Shown here piece after piece: positions 58,148 through 64,000 of a stretch of 64,000 bases of DNA. Within the stretch, counting starts at the first letter, position 1, and the number at the start of each line of letters is the position of its first letter. The translations under genes and the position numbers were made by a program. The stretch is taken from NCBI GenBank assembly GCA_021825295.1, contig JAKAHV010000011.1, positions 17,790-81,789 on the forward strand, in the 5' to 3' direction. Under the pieces are notes generated by a model. It saw only the letters and a list, made by a program, of their open reading frames with translations, did not search any database and had not been told where the DNA came from. The stretch is from Nitrospirota bacterium (GTDB lineage: Bacteria > Nitrospirota > Thermodesulfovibrionia > Thermodesulfovibrionales > JdFR-88).

Positions 58148-61100
58148 ATGAGGGGCAGATGTGGGCCGTACACAAAGATATTCCGGATCATCTCCGCGAT
58201 CGTCCTCACGGCATCCCTCCTGCCGCCGTTTGCCGCGCACGCGGCCCACACAAGAAGCAGGGTCGTAAAGATAGGGGTCCTCGCCTACAGGGGGGCCGCT
58301 TCGGCCTACAGGAAATGGCGGCCTACCGCCGATTACCTTTCACGAAAGGTCACGGGTTACCGCTTCAGGATAGTCCCGCTTGAATTCAGACAGATAAACC
58401 CCGCGGTGACGAGAGGGGATGTGGACTTCCTGATTGCAAACCCCTCCATTTATGTGGAGCTGGAAAGCCTCTGCGGGATAAGCAGGATCGCAACCCTGAA
58501 GAATCTGGGGCCGGACGGACAGGTCACAGTATTTGGCGGGGTGATCTTTACGAAGGCCGGACGGACCGACATAAAGACCCTCGGGGACCTCAGGCACAAA
58601 TCCTTTGTGGCGGTGGACAGGACCTCGCTGGGGGGCTGGAGGATGGCGCTTCTGGAACTGGAAAAAAACGGAATAGCCCCCACTCGCGATTTTTCCAGGC
58701 TGACTTTCGCCGGGACGCATGACGCTGCGGTCTACGCGGTATTGGATGGAAAGGCGGACGCGGGGACCGTCCGTACGGACATACTGGAGCGGATGGCTGC
58801 CAGGGGAAAGATCGATCTGAAGGAGTTCCGCGTGCTGGGCCGGAAGCATTACAGGGATTTCCCCTACCTGGCTAGCACGGCCCTCTATCCCGAATGGCCG
58901 TTTGCCAAGCTGAAGGCCACCCCGGATGAATTATCGCGCAAGGTAGCCCTGGCGCTCTTCGAGATGCCCGCCGGATCGCCGGCGGCAAGGAGGGCGGGCA
59001 TCGCCGGTTGGACGGTCCCGCTGGATTACAATCCTGTCCTGAAACTCCAGAAAGACCTCCGCCTGGGCCTTTACAAGGACTTCGGAAAGATCACCCTTCG
59101 CGATGCCCTCGCGCAATACGGGCCGTGGCTGCTGCTGATAATGGCGGTCCTGGGCCTCGTAATCGCCGCCGCCCTCTACGTGATGGGACTGAACCGTAAG
59201 TTGCGGCAGTCCAGACTGGGGCTGGAGGCTGCGAAAAGGGACCTGGAACTGAAGGTGAAGGAAAGGACGGAGGAGCTTGAGGCGCTGAACCGGAACCTTC
59301 TCCAGGAGATCTCGGAGCGCAAGCAGGCGGAGGCGAAGCTCTCCGAGGCCAAGCAGGACTGGGAAAACACGTTCGACTCCATAACCGACATGATCACCAT
59401 ACACGACGCGGAGTTCAACATCATACGCTGCAACAGGGTGGCCAGGGAGATGCTTAATCTGCCAGCCCTCGAGGAAAGCGCCGTTAAATGCTTCGCGAGC
59501 TACCACGGCGAGAATTGCCCCCCGAAGGGGTGCCTGAGCTGCAAGAGCATGGTCACCTGCCAGCCCTCCAGTTTCATCAATTTCGAGCCGCACCTGAAGA
59601 AGTTTCTTGAATTCCGGGCGATCCCCCGTTTCGGGAAAGACGGCAGGTGCACGGGTCTGATCCACGTGGTCAGGGACATGACGGAATGGAAACGGATGGA
59701 AGACGCCCGCCAGGACCAGCTCAAATTCCTCCAGACCTTAATCGATGCCATCCCCGCCCCCGTCTTCTATAAAAACGCGCAGGGCGTATACCTGGGCTGC
59801 AACAGCGCCTTTGAGGCCATGGCCGGGTTAAGCAGGGACGAGATCATAGGCAAAAGCGTCCGGGAGGTCGCGCCGGAGGGCCTGGCCGGGCTCCACGGCG
59901 AAACCGATGGCGGCCCGCAGGCGCACTCCGAAGTGCAGGTCTCCGAGGGCAGTGTCGTCCATGCCGATGGGAGCCGGCATGAGGTGATCTTCTACAAGGC
60001 CGCCTTCCACACCGCCAATGGCGGAGTTGACGGCATGGTCGGCACCATCCTGGACATCACCGAGCGCAAGCACCTGGAGGAGGCGCTCAGGGAAAGCGAA
60101 AGCCGGTTCAGGACGATAATCGAATCCGAGCCCCAGTGCGTGAAACTGCTCGACAGCAACGGCCTGCTGCTTTTGATGAACCCCGCGGGGCTCAAAATGA
60201 TAGAGGCGGACTCCCTGGAGCAGGTCAGGGGGGCGAACGTCTCCGGACTGCTCGTGCCCGAATACCGCCCGGATTTCAGGAGGCTCATGACGAAGGTATT
60301 CAGGGGCGAACCGGCGACCGTTGAATTCGAGATCACCGGCCTGCGCGGAACGAGCCGGAGGATGACGACGCATGCGGTCCCCTTCAGGAACGCGAAGGGC
60401 GAGATCACCGCGCTTCTTGCCATCTCAACCGACGTAACGGAGCACAGGATGCTCGAGGAGCAGTTCAGGCACGCCCAGAAGATGGAGGCCGTCGGCAAGC
60501 TTGCGGGCGGCATCGCGCACGACTTCAACAACATACTGTCCGCCATAATCGGCTACGCCGACCTGATGAAGGTGAAACTGAAAGACGGCGGCACGCTCGC
60601 CCATTATGCGGAGCAGATACTTCTGGCGTCCCAGAAGGCGTCAAATCTGGTCAAAAGCCTCCTCGCCTTCAGCCGTAAACAGGAGATAAGCCTTAAGCCG
60701 GTGGACCTGAACGAGCTTATAAGGGGGTTCGAAAAATTCCTCCTGAGGCTGATCAGGGAGGACATCGAGCTCTCGATCAGGAGCAGCGGGGCCGGGCTCA
60801 CCGTAATGGCGGACAGCGGCCAGATGGAGCAGGTGCTGATGAACCTGGCGGCCAATGCCAGGGACGCAATGCCGGACGGGGGACGCCTGGTCATAGAGAC
60901 GGAGAGCGTCTTTTTGAACGAGGAGGCGGCAAGGATCAATAACTTCGCCAGGCCCGGCAGGTACGCCGTTGTCTCGGTGACGGACACGGGGACCGGCATG
61001 GACCAGCAGGTCAGAAAGAGGATATTCGACCCGTTCTTCACCACCAAGGAGACAGGCAAGGGGACGGGCCTCGGGCTGTCCATAACCTACGGGATAATCG

Positions 61101-61612
61101 AACAGCACGGCGGCCGCATAGATGTCCTTAGCGAGCCTGGAAGGGGCACGACATTCAGGATATACCTGCCCCTGGCCGAGACCCGGCTCAGGGAGGAGCG
61201 GGAAGCGCCCGGGGATGAACCCACGTCAGGGGGCACGGAGTCCGTGCTCGTCGCCGAGGACGACCCGGTCCTGAGAAACCTCACAAGCAGGATACTCACC
61301 GAACACGGATACAAGGTCATCGAGGCCGAAAACGGCGAAGACGCTGTCAGCAAATTCCTGGAAAACAGGGGCGAAATCCAGCTCCTCATCCTCGACGTCA
61401 TAATGCCCCGGAAAAACGGGAAAGAGGCGTACCAGGAGATAAAAAGGGCCGCGCCCGGGACAAGGGCCATCTTCATGAGCGGCTATGCCGCAAATATAAT
61501 AAACGGTAACGGCGGGGCGCAGACGGATTTCATATCCAAGCCCATAGCGCCCGGTGTCCTTCTGAAAAAGGTAAGGGATACCCTGGATCTGGGCCCCATG
61601 GCCCAGGCCTGA
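58148..61612 (+). CDS. Hybrid sensor histidine kinase: periplasmic PhnD/PBP-like domain, TM, coiled coil, multiple PAS domains, HisKA, HATPase_c, C-terminal receiver
   Basis: N-terminal signal/TM, then KIGVLAYRG...FLIANPSIYVELE (PBP-like). Second TM PWLLLIMAVLGLVIAAALYV. H-box AGGIAHDFNNILSAI, G2 box GTGLGLSITYGII, receiver VLVAEDD...LLILDVIMP. Confidence 0.9.
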   Translation: MRGRCGPYTKIFRIISAIVLTASLLPPFAAHAAHTRSRVVKIGVLAYRGAASAYRKWRPTADYLSRKVTGYRFRIVPLEFRQINPAVTRGDVDFLIANPSIYVELESLCGISRIATLKNLGPDGQVTVFGGVIFTKAGRTDIKTLGDLRHKSFVAVDRTSLGGWRMALLELEKNGIAPTRDFSRLTFAGTHDAAVYAVLDGKADAGTVRTDILERMAARGKIDLKEFRVLGRKHYRDFPYLASTALYPEWPFAKLKATPDELSRKVALALFEMPAGSPAARRAGIAGWTVPLDYNPVLKLQKDLRLGLYKDFGKITLRDALAQYGPWLLLIMAVLGLVIAAALYVMGLNRKLRQSRLGLEAAKRDLELKVKERTEELEALNRNLLQEISERKQAEAKLSEAKQDWENTFDSITDMITIHDAEFNIIRCNRVAREMLNLPALEESAVKCFASYHGENCPPKGCLSCKSMVTCQPSSFINFEPHLKKFLEFRAIPRFGKDGRCTGLIHVVRDMTEWKRMEDARQDQLKFLQTLIDAIPAPVFYKNAQGVYLGCNSAFEAMAGLSRDEIIGKSVREVAPEGLAGLHGETDGGPQAHSEVQVSEGSVVHADGSRHEVIFYKAAFHTANGGVDGMVGTILDITERKHLEEALRESESRFRTIIESEPQCVKLLDSNGLLLLMNPAGLKMIEADSLEQVRGANVSGLLVPEYRPDFRRLMTKVFRGEPATVEFEITGLRGTSRRMTTHAVPFRNAKGEITALLAISTDVTEHRMLEEQFRHAQKMEAVGKLAGGIAHDFNNILSAIIGYADLMKVKLKDGGTLAHYAEQILLASQKASNLVKSLLAFSRKQEISLKPVDLNELIRGFEKFLLRLIREDIELSIRSSGAGLTVMADSGQMEQVLMNLAANARDAMPDGGRLVIETESVFLNEEAARINNFARPGRYAVVSVTDTGTGMDQQVRKRIFDPFFTTKETGKGTGLGLSITYGIIEQHGGRIDVLSEPGRGTTFRIYLPLAETRLREEREAPGDEPTSGGTESVLVAEDDPVLRNLTSRILTEHGYKVIEAENGEDAVSKFLENRGEIQLLILDVIMPRKNGKEAYQEIKRAAPGTRAIFMSGYAANIINGNGGAQTDFISKPIAPGVLLKKVRDTLDLGPMAQA

Positions 61613-61634
61613 GAAGTTTTATCAAAAAAAAATC

Positions 61635-61663
61635 TTGACATCAATTTTGCCGTGTGATAAAAC
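61635..61663 (+). promoter_or_regulatory. Candidate sigma-70 promoter with extended -10 for cydAB
   Basis: TTGACA (61635-61640), a 17-nt spacer ending TGa, then TAAAAC (61658-61663). Confidence 0.4.
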
Positions 61664-61685
61664 AAGACCAAATTGGTCTTGTTTT
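61659..61685. promoter_or_regulatory. 27-nt near-perfect palindrome AAAACAAGACCA-AAT-TGGTCTTGTTTT (operator or terminator)
   Basis: 12-bp arms at 61659-61670 and 61674-61685 around a 3-nt centre. It overlaps the putative -10 and the start-site region of cydA, and lies 47 nt after the kinase stop. Confidence 0.5.
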
Positions 61686-61773
61686 TACTCCGGCCCTCGC
61701 GGAGCCGGTTGAAAGGCCTTTTCAATGCGGTATTCTGTAATTGGGGCACATCTTCCCGGAAGGAGGGACCTAA

Positions 61774-63129
61774 ATGGACACGCTGGCCTTGAGCAGGCTC
61801 CAGTTCGCAGTCACAAGCATGTTTCATTTCATATTTGTCCCCCTCACCCTGGGGCTCTCCATCATGGTCGCATGGATGGAGACGCGCCATTTGAGGACGG
61901 GTGACGGGATTTACCTGAGGATGGCCAGGTTCTGGGGGAAGCTATTCCTGATCAATTTCGCCCTCGGGGTGGTAACCGGGATAACCATGGAGTTCCAGTT
62001 CGGCATGAACTGGGCGGAATATTCGAAATACGTGGGCGACATCTTCGGCGCCCCGCTCGCAATCGAGGCCACGGTCGCCTTCTTCCTCGAATCGACCTTC
62101 ATAGGCGTCTGGGTATTCGGGTGGGACAAGGTCTCGCCCAGGATGCACGCCGTCTCCATCTGGCTTGTGGCGGTTGCGACGAACCTGTCGGCCCTCTGGA
62201 TACTGCTGGCAAACGGATGGATGCAGCACCCCGTGGGCTATGTGATCAGAAAAGGCAGGGCCGAGATGGTGGACTTCCTGGCGGTCGTGACAAACAGTTA
62301 CGGGTGGCTTAAATTCCTTCATACGGTGTTGTCTGGCTACACGATAGCGGCGTTTTTCGTCATGGGCATTTCGGCCTGGCACATCCTGAAGAAGGGCAAG
62401 ACGGATTTCTTCATGCGCTCGTTCCGCGCGGGGGCGGCCTTCGGGCTCATCGCCTCCATCCTTGTGGTCCTTGCGGGGGATTTTCACGCCTCCGAAGTCG
62501 CGGAGTCGCAGCCGGCAAAATTCGCGGCCATCGAATCGCTGTGGACGACGAAAAGCGATTGCTCCTACAACCTCATCTGTTTCCCCAGTGTCAGGAACGA
62601 GCGCAACTCGGTGGAAGCCCTCAAGATTCCCGGCCTCCTCAGTTTTCTGGCCTTCGGAAGGACAAGCGCCCGGATAACGGGGCTGAAGGACATCCCGAAG
62701 GATCTCAGGCCCCCGGTCATGGGCACGTTTCTGAGCTTCAGGGTGATGATAATGCTGGGGTTCCTGTTCATAATCCTCTCGGTTATCGCCTTCGTCCTTT
62801 CCGGCCGGGCCGGCCTCGAAAAAAGGCGGCTGTTTCTAAGGATAATGCTCTATGCCCTGCCCCTGCCCTATATAGCCGCGCAGCTTGGCTGGATAGTGGC
62901 GGAGGTGGGCAGGCAGCCGTGGATTGTCTACGGGGTGCTCAAAACCTCGGATGCCGTCTCGAAGGCGGTAAGCGCCGCGCAGGTCTGGACGTCGCTGGCC
63001 GGGTTTACGCTCCTTTACGGCGCCCTGGCAGCGGCCGATATCTATCTGCTGGCGAAGACGGCGCGAAAGGGCCCCGAACCGGAGCTGCCGGCGGCCGCTG
63101 GCCATAACAAGTCAGGGAAGGAGGCCTGA
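61774..63129 (+). CDS. cydA: Cytochrome bd-type quinol oxidase subunit I
   Basis: LSRLQFAVTSMFHFIFVPLTLG N-terminus; 451 aa; polytopic. GGAGGG RBS. Confidence 0.9.
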   Translation: MDTLALSRLQFAVTSMFHFIFVPLTLGLSIMVAWMETRHLRTGDGIYLRMARFWGKLFLINFALGVVTGITMEFQFGMNWAEYSKYVGDIFGAPLAIEATVAFFLESTFIGVWVFGWDKVSPRMHAVSIWLVAVATNLSALWILLANGWMQHPVGYVIRKGRAEMVDFLAVVTNSYGWLKFLHTVLSGYTIAAFFVMGISAWHILKKGKTDFFMRSFRAGAAFGLIASILVVLAGDFHASEVAESQPAKFAAIESLWTTKSDCSYNLICFPSVRNERNSVEALKIPGLLSFLAFGRTSARITGLKDIPKDLRPPVMGTFLSFRVMIMLGFLFIILSVIAFVLSGRAGLEKRRLFLRIMLYALPLPYIAAQLGWIVAEVGRQPWIVYGVLKTSDAVSKAVSAAQVWTSLAGFTLLYGALAAADIYLLAKTARKGPEPELPAAAGHNKSGKEA

Positions 63130-63130
63130 G

Positions 63131-64000
63131 ATGCTTTTCCAGGTAATATGGTTCATTTTATGGGGCGTGCTGTGGGCCGTATTTTTCATGCTGGACGGCT
63201 TCGATTTCGGCGCCGGGATGCTCCTTGGCCGGCTGGCGAAAAACGAGGCGGAAAAAAGGGCCGTGCTTAACGCCATAGGCCCCTTCTGGGACGGCAACGA
63301 GGTCTGGCTGCTTACGGCGGGCGGCGCCACCTTCGCCGCGTTCCCGGCCACCTACGCCCTTATGTTCAGCTATCTCTACACGGCCCTCCTTCTGCTGCTG
63401 TTCTCGCTCATACTGCGGGGGGTGTCAATCGAGTTCCGGGGCAAGGCCGAAGGGGCAGGCTGGCGCCGGGGATGGGATTTCGGCCTGTTCCTGGGGAGCC
63501 TCCTTCCGGCTCTTTTGACCGGCGTGGCCTTCGGAAACATATTCATGGGACTGCCGATGGACGCGGAAGGATACCATGGCAGCCTCCTTACGCTCCTGAA
63601 TCCTTACGGGCTTTTGACCGGTGTCCTTTTCGTGCTCCTCTTCCTTGTGCACGGGGCGCTCTGGATCGCGGTCAAGACAGGCGGAGAAGTGGAAAGGCGC
63701 GCGGCAAGGGCGGCAAACGCGATATGGTACGCGCTGCTTGCGGCCGCGGCCGCCTTCCTGGTCTCTACGGGCTTCGCCACAAGACTATATGCCAACTACA
63801 TGAAGGCGCCTGTCCTGCTGGTGCTGCCGGCCGCCGCCGTACTGGCGCTTCTGGCCACGAAATTCTACTCGGCCGGGGGAAAATATCTGAGGGCGTTTGC
63901 CGCCTCCTGCGTGACCATCGTCATGGTCACCTTCACCGGGGTGGCGGGGCTGTTCCCGAACCTTATCCCCTCCAGCATCGCTCCCGCATCGAGCCTGACC
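63131..64000 (+). CDS. cydB: Cytochrome bd-type quinol oxidase subunit II, 5' part (runs off the window)
   Basis: ATG 63131 lies 1 nt after the cydA stop. It translates to MLFQVIWFILWGVLWAVFFMLDGFDFGAGMLLG. The frame stays open to the window end, so it is absent from the ORF track. Confidence 0.85.
   Translation, partial: MLFQVIWFILWGVLWAVFFMLDGFDFGAGMLLGRLAKNEAEKRAVLNAIGPFWDGNEVWLLTAGGATFAAFPATYALMFSYLYTALLLLLFSLILRGVSIEFRGKAEGAGWRRGWDFGLFLGSLLPALLTGVAFGNIFMGLPMDAEGYHGSLLTLLNPYGLLTGVLFVLLFLVHGALWIAVKTGGEVERRAARAANAIWYALLAAAAAFLVSTGFATRLYANYMKAPVLLVLPAAAVLALLATKFYSAGGKYLRAFAASCVTIVMVTFTGVAGLFPNLIPSSIAPASSLT

Noticed and set aside
1-64000. Scan for CRISPR arrays, tRNA/rRNA genes, integrases or transposases, toxin-antitoxin pairs and known defence-system hallmarks.
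   Set aside because: I saw no regularly spaced direct repeats, no cloverleaf-like or rRNA-like segments and no recombinase or nuclease/ATPase defence signatures. The only mobile-element traces are the non-autonomous repeats reported above.

Overview
GC-rich bacterial window with dense coding. I recognised no rRNA, tRNA, CRISPR array or classical defence genes. All family calls come from motifs read by eye in the supplied translations; no database search was run. Layout: (1) 1-14.5 kb, + strand: the 3' end of metF, then a spacer filled with repeats that ends in a sigma-54-type promoter. After it comes a ~13-kb tightly coupled operon. It encodes an atypical receiver, two URO-D/MtaA-like methyltransferases, an AhpD-like protein, an MtrH-like methyl-pterin methyltransferase and a corrinoid protein. 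It continues with a QueG/RdhA-like Fe-S protein, a RACE-type corrinoid activase, a small Cys protein and FolD. It ends with an HdrE/HdrD-like membrane disulfide-reductase pair, a cysteate-synthase-like PLP enzyme and a fused ComDE-like sulfopyruvate decarboxylase. This last combination, methanogen-style thiol/sulfonate parts chained into a bacterial C1 operon, is my top candidate for something undescribed. (2) 14.5-16.8 kb: a tetraheme cytochrome c, a hypothetical protein with an RHH tail, and a binding-protein-fold protein without a signal peptide. (3) 16.9-48.5 kb: a ~31-kb glycan locus. It holds a WbpA/B/E/D-like set for di-N-acetylated uronic acid, two further nucleotide-sugar dehydrogenase/epimerase genes and a GDP-mannose-3,5-epimerase-like gene. 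It also holds five SAM-methyltransferase domains, a sulfotransferase, two NodB deacetylases, GT4/GT2/GT-A glycosyltransferases and a GtrB/ArnC-type GT2 with a large polytopic membrane protein. Export and assembly genes are Wzm/Wzt, an initiating phosphoglycosyl transferase and a Wzy_C/ligase-like protein; nadE sits at the head of the operon. (4) A Zn-ADH plus a class I aldolase. (5) A lipoprotein with a 7-bladed propeller. (6) An operon of two multiheme cytochromes (13+2 and 8 heme motifs) with TPR proteins. (7) A hybrid histidine kinase behind a second exact copy of the same sigma-54 15-mer. (8) cydA and partial cydB. Several families of small intergenic repeats are present. Two MITE-like elements carry target-site duplications and sit inside the glycan operon.
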